Shown here one piece after another: positions 1 through 9,480 of a DNA stretch of 64,000 nt (position 1 is the stretch's first letter; every line of letters starts with the position of its first letter). Under the pieces are notes generated by a model, which was not told the DNA's origin, did no database searches, and saw only the letters and a list, made by a program, of their open reading frames with translations. This stretch comes from an uncultured Bacteroidota bacterium (GTDB taxonomy: Bacteria > Bacteroidota > Bacteroidia > NS11-12g > UBA9320), in the NCBI GenBank assembly GCA_913050005.1, contig CAJXBI010000005.1, positions 44-64,043 on the forward strand, given 5' to 3'. The position numbers and the translations under genes were made by a program.

Positions 1-3000
1 TATCTGTTACAAATAACTTGACTGTAAATGTTCCAACTTGAGTAAATGTATGTGACGGGTTATTCAAATTGCTTACATTACCGTCTCCAAAATCCCATGC
101 ATAATCAATATGACCCCTAGATGAATTCGTGAAATTGACTGTAAGTGGAAAGCATCCTCGCAATGTGTCTGTATTAAAAAATGCTTCTACTGTTTTATAA
201 ACTGTTATTGTCTTCTCTGCTGTATCTGCTCCGCAGTTATTTTTTGCTACGTATATTACAGTATAATCAGACGGTAATCTATCCGTTGTAAATGAATGAG
301 TTAGTGGTTCGTCAAAGGTATTTTTAGTTGTTTTATAAACTGGTGAACCACCTCCAAAATTCCAAATGAGCGTGTCCGGATCACCATAAGTAAGATTATT
401 TGAAAATTGTAGATTCAGTGGACTACAACCAATATCACGGTCTGTCTCAAACAATGCCACTGGTATAGGATGTACTAATATAGAATCAATAAATGTATCT
501 ATTTTACACTGATTTGAAACAACTAACTTTACATAATAAGTAGTGTCATGTCTGCCTTGTTCGTATACTATTGTATCTGCTGTTGGGCCAATACTGGTAT
601 CTCCTTGACCATAATACCATTTATATTTAGAATATTCTGCAATGGAGGTATTTAAGAAACTAACTTCTAATGGAGCACAACCCTCATCGATACTTGGTGT
701 AAAAGATGCCTGCGGTGCACCTATCACTTGAATTGATTTACTCAACGAATCATAACAACCGAAATCACTAGTTGCTACATACCTGATTATGTAAAAACCT
801 ATCGTATCATAATGTGCATTTGGAGATTTCCTGTTATCAAAATTCCCATTTCCAAAGCTCCAATCATACTGTATAGCTCCTGTAGTTGTATTATTTATAA
901 AAATAGAATCCTTCTCACAAACAATTGTATCGTATGAAAAATTAAGTATAGGTATTGGGTAAGATAAAATAGGTTTAGTAATTGAATCTATACAGCCATG
1001 AACGTTAGTTACAATTAGTTTTACGTCATATGTTCCATCACTGCTGTAAGTATGAACAGGGTTTCGCAAGGTATCATTAGATGAGTCATCAAAATCCCAG
1101 TTCCATTTTGATAATGCTTTTCCTCCAGAAAGTGACGAATCTGTGAAGATTGTACTTTTATATTCACATACTTCTTTAGCTCCAAAATTTGCTAAAGGTT
1201 CTCCAAAGGCCGTAAATTTTTTAATCATCGTATCCGAGCAACCTGACCCTGCAGTTACTATTAATCGTATATCGTACGTCGAGTCTTGCGTATTGCTACT
1301 ATTACCAAACACATGACTTGGATTAGTCTGAACACTCGTGTCACCGTCTCCAAAATCCCATCGTAAACTCAAACCTCTTGGGGTACTGGTATCACGTAAA
1401 CTAATCCGCGTATCTCCACAACCTGTTGTGTCGGACATGCTGAAGTCCGCCGTAGGATCCTTTATCGTCGTAAATCGCCTCACTAACGTATCTCCCTCGC
1501 ATCCATAATTATTACTAGTTATCAAGCGTACATATACTGTGTCTGCATCCTTACTCATCTTATAGCTCCTAAACCCTACTCCCTGAAAACTACTCAATAC
1601 CGTCGATGAATCTGAACTGAATATTGTCCAACTATATACATCATTCGCATTAGCATACTGCTTTAAATTTATCAATGACGAATCTAATGCCAACGGTGCG
1701 CAACCTGTTGTCGATATCGGATTAAAATCTGATCTGGCATCCGGATGGATCACCACTGTGTCTGCAAACGTATCTTTACACCCATGCTGACTCGTTGATA
1801 TCAACTCTACTGCATATAAACTGTCCTCAACGCCTGTATTAGTATACAACTTCTTAGGATCTCGCTGTACAGAACCAAAGTTCCATACAAAACTCATCGT
1901 ACCTATACTCTCTGAATTATACGGATCTGATAAGTTCGTGAAAGATGCCGTATCTGGACTACAACTGTCCGGTAAACTAAATCGATACTTCGCCAGTGGC
2001 TTTGGATAAACCACCGTTCGCTGCGTATCTCGATCTACACAGCCCTCCTTAGAAGTACTGGTTAATATCAATCGATAACTTATCGAACTCTGCGTCGTAT
2101 TTAACGGCATTAATACCGTAGGCTCATACAATGTGTCATTTAAACTTACACCCGTACTTGGACTCAATGACCACTTATACCCATGTCCATATAACGACAA
2201 GGTATCCGTATAGTTATCTACCAATAAACCAACCGAACCACAACTCCCCGTATCTATACTAAAACTAGCTTTGGGAGGATTATAGACGGAAACAATAACA
2301 GTATCTTTACCAATACAACCATTTGAGTCTGTTGCAGACACAAAATATGTTCTGGTCTTTGAAGGATATGCTTTCGTAACCGAACTTATTACACTAGACA
2401 AGCCGAAACTAGGAGACCAATTATATGAAGTGAGATTAGAAGGTATGATAGATAAGGTGACTGTATCTGAGAAGCAAATTCCCGTATCTTTTACAACAAC
2501 ATTTGGCAAAGAATTAACCACTATTTGAATACTATCTTCGGAGCTACATCCAGTAGCGTCGATAGTTTCAATTAAACGATAAGTAGTTGTTGTTAATGGA
2601 TAAACTATAGGGTTTGATAAAGAGTCAACCTTTGAGTAGGGATTACTTGACCAAATATATGAATTCCCTGAAATACTAGATGCTCCAAGCTTAACACTGT
2701 CATTAAGGCATATTGTATCTGCACTACCAACTTTGGCTTTAGGTAAAGTATCGACAGTAACTGTTACGGTATCAAAATTATAACACTTGAAAGCTGCATT
2801 AACACTTAGATAGTAAGTGGTACTTAATCTTGGCGAAACAGTAGGTTGAGCAACAGAACTACTGAAGCCACTTGGATTACTTGACCATGAATAATTATAC
2901 CCCGCAACAAAACTTCCTAACTTGATAGAATCATTTAAACATATGGATGAATCAACCCCAGCATTTGCTGGTGGTAGAGAGTCCACAATTACTTTAACCG

Positions 3001-5569
3001 TATCTAAATTTGTACATCCCGTAACGTTATTTGAGTCGTTTAATATATATTGTGTAGTTGTTATAGGGTGTACAGATAAGTTACTTTGATTTGACAAAAA
3101 TGATGAACCTAAATACCACGAATAAGTATGATTAACCTCAACTAAAGGATTTAATATTATTGTATCGTTTATACAAATTACAGTATCATTTCCTGCATTT
3201 GTATTAGGTAAAGGTTGAACCTTTACGGTTGTAGAATCCGTTGAAGTGCAAGAAAATGAATCAGTATATGTATAATAAATTTTATGAGTTCCTACACCAG
3301 CTAAAGATGGATAAAAGGCATTGGATGCTATATATCTAGTATTAATAGGTGAATAATATGAACCCCCTGACGGGGAAGCTGAGTTTAGTGTAAAAGAATT
3401 TGCATCAACACAAACATCCGAAAGAGAAGAAAAGGTAATTAAAGGATTTTTTAGAACTCGAATCGTATCCTCATATGTTGTATCCGAACATCTATTTGTA
3501 ACAGTGAGCGATATAACAAAAAGACCTACTGAATCAGTACTAAAAATACCAGGATTTATAGATGTGGGATTTTGAATAACCCCCCCAGTGTAGGACCAAG
3601 AATAATTTGCTGTCGTGTCATAACAATTTTTTATAAAAATTGAATCTATTGACAATGAGCTATTTATACAAATAGAATCTGGTTTAATATTAAAATAAAG
3701 CTCAGGCTTACTTGCCACCGTGTCAATTGTTGAAAAAGAATCTAACCCACAGTAATTACTATCATATAAAGTAATCTTATATAACCCAGAACTCAAAAAC
3801 CTAATAGCTGGATTTTTGGATTGACTATTTGTGCTGTCAATATAAGTCCAATTCGTAGAAGAAGGAGAGCAGTTATTATCAATACCTTTTATACTCCAGC
3901 GATAATATGAACTGTCACACGATTTGACAGATGGAGAAGTGTTTGTAAAATAAAGACTATCAGGATTGCACAGAAAACGCTTAGAAAGCGTAAAAGATGA
4001 TTTTGCTTTTGGAACAACACAAATTGTCTTTTCAAACGAATCAACTCCACAATAATTCGCTAAAAAATACTTGATTTTATAAGAGCCAGCTGAATCAAAA
4101 CGAACTTTGATGTTTTTAGTACCATAAAAAAAAACACCCACTGCGTTGAATCCTAAACTACCTGATGTTAAAGTAACCCCGGTCATGGGTGTGATTTTCC
4201 AATATTTTTTTAGTGCCTGACTGCATCCACTACTTGGATTTGAGGGAGAAATAGAAGTCCCTATAGAATCAGAACCAGTAAATGACATTTCATTCCCTTG
4301 GCAAATTTTTGGATCTGGAGTATTTGTAAATCGTGCATTAGTACCATTATTAATATGAATTGGGTAGGCACTAGAATATGCTGAGGCACATTGATTAGTA
4401 GCTTTCACCTCAATATAAAAACCATTTTGAACAGTGTTACTAGCTTTATAACCACAAGAATTTTTGGAAAACGTAAATGTAAAAACACTATCCGGCATAC
4501 CTGAAACAGGATGATAATAAACAGAATCAACAAAACCAGGATAATTTGAGGTTATGATGTACTTAGTGCCTGGGAAATTTGCTACGCCAGATGTATCCCT
4601 ATAATTTATCCTGAATGATAGAGTATATGGAGCACAACCAGTCGTATTACCGGGATTTGTAATTCCTATTACAGGGCTGCTCCCGTGAAAAACAGTATCC
4701 CTAATTGAATCTTTACAGCCATTTGAACCTGTAACTTTATAATTTAAATAAAAATAACCTTGGGTTAAGTAAGTATGAGATGTTGTTGACCTAAAACCAT
4801 AATTAGATGAAGTTAGATTTGAAGACGAACCGTCACCCCAATCAATTGAATATGAACTATTAGTACTTGCAGTGGTTGATGAATTTATCAGTCTAAGATT
4901 GTAATTACCAAAACCAACACAATTAGTATAAGGTGTTGTACTTCCTGTTGCAGCTCCAAAATCCAAATGATCTACAGAGGGTAAGTGCTTTACGGTAATT
5001 GTATCTTTAAAAGTTGAAGAACAACCCGAATCACTTACTTGTAAAGTTACGTTTCGAGAAGTAGTTCCTGACCCTAAAGTACTGACACTAAAGAAGTGTT
5101 TTGGATTTTGATTTACAGAAGTGTCGTTAATAGTTCCAAAATTCCAAGCAAATTTTGCACTCGCACTAGTGTATTTTGAGGAATCATAAAACGAGACCTC
5201 AGAACCAGAACAAATCGTATCCTTGCTCAAGCCAAAATTTGCTTTTAATTTGACTAAAGATATTGTTACAGTGTCTATTAATGTAAATGTTGAATAAACA
5301 ACCTGCAAGTAGTAGTCAATTTTTGACGATGGTCTTACAGTTGGTGTTGAATCCGTAGAAAAGGCAGTGGCAGAAACAGAAGAAGTCCAACTAAAACTAA
5401 CTGGACTCCCTGTTGCAACTGGATTACCCCCTAATTGGATTGAATCGCCGAAACAGATTAATGAGTCATTCCCAGCACTTATTGTCTGAGCCTCAGTTAT
5501 ATTTTGTGATAAAATAACTGAGGCTAAAAACAAAAAATTTACAATAATTTTGTGACTTTTTAATTTCAT
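1..5569 (-). CDS. Giant secreted cell-surface repeat protein (tandem PKD / Ig-like modules). Partial: the C-terminus lies beyond the window start
   Basis: Absent from the supplied ORF track because it has no stop inside the window. The minus-strand ATG at 5569-5567 gives MKLKSHKIIVNFLFLASVILSQNITEAQ, a signal peptide. The same frame is still open at position 2, where the last codons read ...PSHTFTQVGTFTVKLFVTD. It has repeated PKD WxFGDG signatures (e.g. 1343-1360 rc = WDFGDG) and repeated AGNDxxIC...YxW Ig-like modules. The track lists no complete ORF >=60 aa anywhere in 1-5833, which fits one long open frame. Confidence 0.85.
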   Translation of the reverse strand, partial: MKLKSHKIIVNFLFLASVILSQNITEAQTISAGNDSLICFGDSIQLGGNPVATGSPVSFSWTSSVSATAFSTDSTPTVRPSSKIDYYLQVVYSTFTLIDTVTISLVKLKANFGLSKDTICSGSEVSFYDSSKYTSASAKFAWNFGTINDTSVNQNPKHFFSVSTLGSGTTSRNVTLQVSDSGCSSTFKDTITVKHLPSVDHLDFGAATGSTTPYTNCVGFGNYNLRLINSSTTASTNSSYSIDWGDGSSSNLTSSNYGFRSTTSHTYLTQGYFYLNYKVTGSNGCKDSIRDTVFHGSSPVIGITNPGNTTGCAPYTLSFRINYRDTSGVANFPGTKYIITSNYPGFVDSVYYHPVSGMPDSVFTFTFSKNSCGYKASNTVQNGFYIEVKATNQCASAYSSAYPIHINNGTNARFTNTPDPKICQGNEMSFTGSDSIGTSISPSNPSSGCSQALKKYWKITPMTGVTLTSGSLGFNAVGVFFYGTKNIKVRFDSAGSYKIKYFLANYCGVDSFEKTICVVPKAKSSFTLSKRFLCNPDSLYFTNTSPSVKSCDSSYYRWSIKGIDNNCSPSSTNWTYIDSTNSQSKNPAIRFLSSGLYKITLYDSNYCGLDSFSTIDTVASKPELYFNIKPDSICINSSLSIDSIFIKNCYDTTANYSWSYTGGVIQNPTSINPGIFSTDSVGLFVISLTVTNRCSDTTYEDTIRVLKNPLITFSSLSDVCVDANSFTLNSASPSGGSYYSPINTRYIASNAFYPSLAGVGTHKIYYTYTDSFSCTSTDSTTVKVQPLPNTNAGNDTVICINDTIILNPLVEVNHTYSWYLGSSFLSNQSNLSVHPITTTQYILNDSNNVTGCTNLDTVKVIVDSLPPANAGVDSSICLNDSIKLGSFVAGYNYSWSSNPSGFSSSVAQPTVSPRLSTTYYLSVNAAFKCYNFDTVTVTVDTLPKAKVGSADTICLNDSVKLGASSISGNSYIWSSNPYSKVDSLSNPIVYPLTTTTYRLIETIDATGCSSEDSIQIVVNSLPNVVVKDTGICFSDTVTLSIIPSNLTSYNWSPSFGLSSVISSVTKAYPSKTRTYFVSATDSNGCIGKDTVIVSVYNPPKASFSIDTGSCGSVGLLVDNYTDTLSLYGHGYKWSLSPSTGVSLNDTLYEPTVLMPLNTTQSSISYRLILTSTSKEGCVDRDTQRTVVYPKPLAKYRFSLPDSCSPDTASFTNLSDPYNSESIGTMSFVWNFGSVQRDPKKLYTNTGVEDSLYAVELISTSQHGCKDTFADTVVIHPDARSDFNPISTTGCAPLALDSSLINLKQYANANDVYSWTIFSSDSSTVLSSFQGVGFRSYKMSKDADTVYVRLITSNNYGCEGDTLVRRFTTIKDPTADFSMSDTTGCGDTRISLRDTSTPRGLSLRWDFGDGDTSVQTNPSHVFGNSSNTQDSTYDIRLIVTAGSGCSDTMIKKFTAFGEPLANFGAKEVCEYKSTIFTDSSLSGGKALSKWNWDFDDSSNDTLRNPVHTYSSDGTYDVKLIVTNVHGCIDSITKPILSYPIPILNFSYDTIVCEKDSIFINNTTTGAIQYDWSFGNGNFDNRKSPNAHYDTIGFYIIRYVATSDFGCYDSLSKSIQVIGAPQASFTPSIDEGCAPLEVSFLNTSIAEYSKYKWYYGQGDTSIGPTADTIVYEQGRHDTTYYVKLVVSNQCKIDTFIDSILVHPIPVALFETDRDIGCSPLNLQFSNNLTYGDPDTLIWNFGGGSPVYKTTKNTFDEPLTHSFTTDRLPSDYTVIYVAKNNCGADTAEKTITVYKTVEAFFNTDTLRGCFPLTVNFTNSSRGHIDYAWDFGDGNVSNLNNPSHTFTQVGTFTVKLFVTD

Positions 5570-5621
5570 TTAAATAGATAAAAATTAAATTTTTAAATTA
5601 TTATCTGATTAATTGCGTTGA

Positions 5622-5629
5622 CAAAAGTA
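5622..5629 (-). promoter_or_regulatory. Candidate Bacteroidota -7 box (TACTTTTG on minus strand) upstream of the giant repeat-protein gene
   Basis: Plus-strand caaaagta equals TAnnTTTG on the minus strand, about 50 nt upstream of the ATG at 5569. There is no clean -33 TTG at canonical spacing. Confidence 0.25.
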
Positions 5630-5833
5630 AAAAATTAAACTACTTTAAATGATACATATTCAGTACATATTGAGTATTGTGAGATAAAGATGACAATGAA
5701 ATTATTTTATTAAAATTATTGTGACACTAGAAGTAGAATTTTATCTAATCATAGGACACATTAAAAATGTGATGTTAATTATTTGAATAACTTACTATGC
5801 TATGTTTCTTTAATTTGCTTATAACTGTTAAAC

Positions 5834-8299
5834 ATGAAAATAGTCTTTAAAGTATTGTTGATTATTTTATTCACGATTAGTGGTGTTTCAACTGGTTTAT
5901 TTTTCTACTTTCAAAAAAATATTCAACCTATTTTAATAAGTGAAATAAATAAATCCCTTGCTGTGAAGGTAACTGTAGATGACATATCAATCACCAGAAT
6001 ACAAGATTTCCCTAAAATTGGCATACGGCTTTCTAATATTTATGTAAATGAACGCTTCAGATTTTATAACAATAAGCTCATCCAGGCTGATGAATTAAAT
6101 TTATATATTAATTTGATAGAACTTTATCAAGGTAAATATATTATTGATAAAATTTTAGTTCGTGGCGGAACAATTAACATTGCAGATCTAGAGAGCTCAA
6201 ATAACTATGACATAATCAAAATATCAGAAGACGATAACCCAACTAATGTAAGTTTTGAAATTGACCAACTTAAATTAATTAATTGTAATATTAGATATCA
6301 CCACACTCCCTCTAAAACAAAAATAAACGGGTTTGTATCATCGTCTGTCATTCAGCTTAAATACAGTAAAGCATCTACGGTTTTGAGAATTCAATCTGAT
6401 TTAAAAAATCTTAATTTATCTTTAAATAACGATGACTACATTAATAAAAAAGACGTTTCATTTAATACTAAAATTAATGTAAATACATCACTAAAAAAAA
6501 TAACTATTGACCCTACTAATTTAAATATTCAAAATATCAAACTTTCAACTAGTGGTGCAATAAATTACAGTGATCGCTCATCTGTAGATATTAAATTTAA
6601 AAATGAAAAAGCAAATGCGCGAAAACTAATTGGTATTTTACCATCCAGTATGAAAACAAGTTTTAAAAACTTAAAACTTGATGGGAATATTGGTATCGAT
6701 GGGTTTATTAATGGGGGCTTTAGCAAAAATGAAAGATTATCTATTGGTTTTGGCTACGAATTAGTCAATGGAAAATTATTACTCAAAGAGAGTGGAATTG
6801 GTATCAAACAAATCAATGCTAAAGGTAATTTTTCAATGCCAGATATTGATAATAACAGTGATTCCAAATTCAGTTGTATCATAAAAAGTGCGAATAATGG
6901 TTCGAATCAAATTGAAGGAAATATTGAGATAAATGATTTTAACAAACCTAACATAAAATGGCTGGGTAGAGCTCAATTAGACCCAATATTTATTTATCAA
7001 TTTATTGATAGCTCTAATTTTACTCCATCGTCTGGTAGCATACAATTAGACGGAGCGCTTTCCATTATTTATGATATAAATCAATCAAAAATAGCCCCCA
7101 ATACACTTGACTATAATGGCATTATCTCCATCAAAAATATTCAAGGGAAAATAAGAAATCCTAACCTAACTATTCATCAATTTAATAGCGAAATTCTTTC
7201 AAAAAATAATAACCTAACAATTCAAAAAACTCAAATAAAATTTAATAAAACTGAGGCAACCATAAATGGGTACATTGAGAATTTAGCATCCGTATTTGAT
7301 AAAAAAAGCCATGCAAAATTTATAGGTGATTTAAACATCGATAACCTAAATCTAAATGAGTTATTGATTGATGACAAAACAGAAATTAAAAATGGAGATA
7401 AGCAAAACGAATTATGCCCTATACATTTCGAAATAACAACTAAAATCAATCAATTTAAGGTTAATGATTTCATAGCCGAATCGATACATGGGAAATTGAT
7501 TTCAGACAAAAGGTCAATTAGACTTTCAGCATTAAAAATGATGACACTAGATGGTTCAGTAAATGGAGAAATTTCATTTCAAAATTGGGGGGATAATTAT
7601 CTACTTGACATTCAAAGTGAATTACGAAAAGTCAACATCAAAAAATTATTCAGTCAATTTAATAATTTTTATCAAAATGAAATTACAGATAAAAATATCA
7701 GTGGCACATTGAACGGCAGTGTTGTTACTAAAGTGATCTTAGATATTAATTATAAACCTATTCTTCCAAAAATATATGCTAAGTCAAAAATTACCATTGA
7801 TAATGGTGCATTATATGAATATGAACCGTTGAAGGAACTTTCGTCTTTTGTTAACATCAAAGATTTAGAAAATGTGAAATTTAAAACATTGAGTAATTCG
7901 ATTGAAATATTTGAACAGACCATTTTTATTCCTAAAATGAGAATTGAAAACAACGCACTAAACCTTCAATTAGAGGGTACTCACACGTTTGACAACTTAA
8001 TGTCTTATAACATGGAAATAAGTGTGGCTGAATTACTTGCTTCAAAAGCAAATTGGATTGCAAAAAAAGCAGAAAAAAGAATCGAAAGAAATAAAAATGG
8101 CGGATTAACTGCATATATTATCATGGAAGGTACACCTGATGATTTAAAAATAAAATATGATCGCTCAACGGTAAAAGAAAATATTAAAGAGGAAATAAAA
8201 AATGAAAAGAAAAGATTCATTAATACTTTAAAAGGTGAGAATTCACTTCACAACCAGGAGAAAAAAACAAAAAATTATGATGACATTTGGGACGAGTGA
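5834..8299 (+). CDS. AsmA-family / AsmA-like C-terminal region membrane protein
   Basis: 821 aa. It has one N-terminal TM helix (MKIVFKVLLIILFTISGVSTGLFFYF), a long beta-rich Asn/Ile-rich body, an AsmA-like C-terminal region (LDGSVNGEISFQ...IDNGALYEYEPLKELS) and a Lys/Glu-rich tail. Family call by eye only. Confidence 0.6.
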   Translation: MKIVFKVLLIILFTISGVSTGLFFYFQKNIQPILISEINKSLAVKVTVDDISITRIQDFPKIGIRLSNIYVNERFRFYNNKLIQADELNLYINLIELYQGKYIIDKILVRGGTINIADLESSNNYDIIKISEDDNPTNVSFEIDQLKLINCNIRYHHTPSKTKINGFVSSSVIQLKYSKASTVLRIQSDLKNLNLSLNNDDYINKKDVSFNTKINVNTSLKKITIDPTNLNIQNIKLSTSGAINYSDRSSVDIKFKNEKANARKLIGILPSSMKTSFKNLKLDGNIGIDGFINGGFSKNERLSIGFGYELVNGKLLLKESGIGIKQINAKGNFSMPDIDNNSDSKFSCIIKSANNGSNQIEGNIEINDFNKPNIKWLGRAQLDPIFIYQFIDSSNFTPSSGSIQLDGALSIIYDINQSKIAPNTLDYNGIISIKNIQGKIRNPNLTIHQFNSEILSKNNNLTIQKTQIKFNKTEATINGYIENLASVFDKKSHAKFIGDLNIDNLNLNELLIDDKTEIKNGDKQNELCPIHFEITTKINQFKVNDFIAESIHGKLISDKRSIRLSALKMMTLDGSVNGEISFQNWGDNYLLDIQSELRKVNIKKLFSQFNNFYQNEITDKNISGTLNGSVVTKVILDINYKPILPKIYAKSKITIDNGALYEYEPLKELSSFVNIKDLENVKFKTLSNSIEIFEQTIFIPKMRIENNALNLQLEGTHTFDNLMSYNMEISVAELLASKANWIAKKAEKRIERNKNGGLTAYIIMEGTPDDLKIKYDRSTVKENIKEEIKNEKKRFINTLKGENSLHNQEKKTKNYDDIWDE

Positions 8300-8304
8300 T
8301 AAGC

Positions 8305-9435
8305 TTAATTCATAAAAAGGGTGCTTGCAATATGATCGGCAAACAACATCCCTTCATCGGTTAACCTCATGTTTGAGTCTTTAATTTCAACCCAATCTAA
8401 TGACACCCAATATTTAATATCATCGTGAAATAGATTTGAAATATCATATTTATAATCCTTAGATAACTTTCCTAGATCTATTCCCCATTTAGTCCTTAAA
8501 CCTGTCATTATATTCTCATTCAATCGGTTACTTATGTTAAGTTCCTCAGACTCAAAAAAATTTTCTCTACTAGGAACATATTCAAGATAAGACTTATTGC
8601 TACTCACATTCCAATACCTAATTTTACTGTCAAAACTGTGAGCTGACGGCCCAACTCCAAGGTATTTTTTACCATTCCAATATGATGAGTTATGTCTTGA
8701 ATAATTACTTGGTTTACAAAATGATGAAACTTCATAGTGTTCCCAACGAAATTCATTAGATAATTGCACTAGTATTTGATAGTGCTTTGACGAAATATCA
8801 TCATTTGGCTTATCGTACTTTCCCTGATTCACTAATTTGATGTATGGGGTATTTTCTTCCATCGTTAAAATGTAAGCTGAAAGATGGTTAATTGGCATGT
8901 TAAAGGCCTGATTAACTGTCTTGTACCACTCATCGTCACTCAAGTGTGGCAGTCCATAGATCAAGTCTATTGAAATGTTTTTAAGCCCTATTTGCGCAGC
9001 AGTCTCAAGACACTTTAAACTTTGATTAGCATTATGACTTCTATTCATCCATTTGAGGTGCTCATCATTAAAACTCTGTACTCCAATACTTAATCTATTA
9101 ACTCCGACAAACTTTAATCCTTTTAAATATTCTTTATCCAAGTCATCGGGATTGCACTCAAAAGTAATTTCAACATTTTTATCAACTAAATAATAATTAA
9201 ATACAGTCCCTAAAATTTTATCAATTTCTTGCATAGATAGAACACTGGGAGTCCCGCCACCAAAATAAATAGAACTTATCCTATCATTAGGATCGAAAAA
9301 ATCTTTTCTAAAAGTCAGCTCATCAATAATTGTAGAGATCATCTTTTCCTTCATACTGAATGAAACAGAAAAATGGAAATCACAATAAAAACAAGCCTTT
9401 TTACAAAATGGTATATGAATATATAATCCTGACAA
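8305..9435 (-). CDS. hemW: Radical SAM family heme chaperone HemW (HemN-like, oxygen-independent coproporphyrinogen oxidase family)
   Basis: The N-terminus MSGLYIHIPFCKKACFYCDFHF carries the CxxxCxxC radical-SAM cluster motif. The 376-aa length and the HemN-type C-terminal domain are typical of HemW/YggW. Confidence 0.85.
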   Translation of the reverse strand: MSGLYIHIPFCKKACFYCDFHFSVSFSMKEKMISTIIDELTFRKDFFDPNDRISSIYFGGGTPSVLSMQEIDKILGTVFNYYLVDKNVEITFECNPDDLDKEYLKGLKFVGVNRLSIGVQSFNDEHLKWMNRSHNANQSLKCLETAAQIGLKNISIDLIYGLPHLSDDEWYKTVNQAFNMPINHLSAYILTMEENTPYIKLVNQGKYDKPNDDISSKHYQILVQLSNEFRWEHYEVSSFCKPSNYSRHNSSYWNGKKYLGVGPSAHSFDSKIRYWNVSSNKSYLEYVPSRENFFESEELNISNRLNENIMTGLRTKWGIDLGKLSKDYKYDISNLFHDDIKYWVSLDWVEIKDSNMRLTDEGMLFADHIASTLFMN

Positions 9436-9480
9436 GTATAATTTTTACTAATGCAATAACGTTTATTTTTGTAATTAAAC

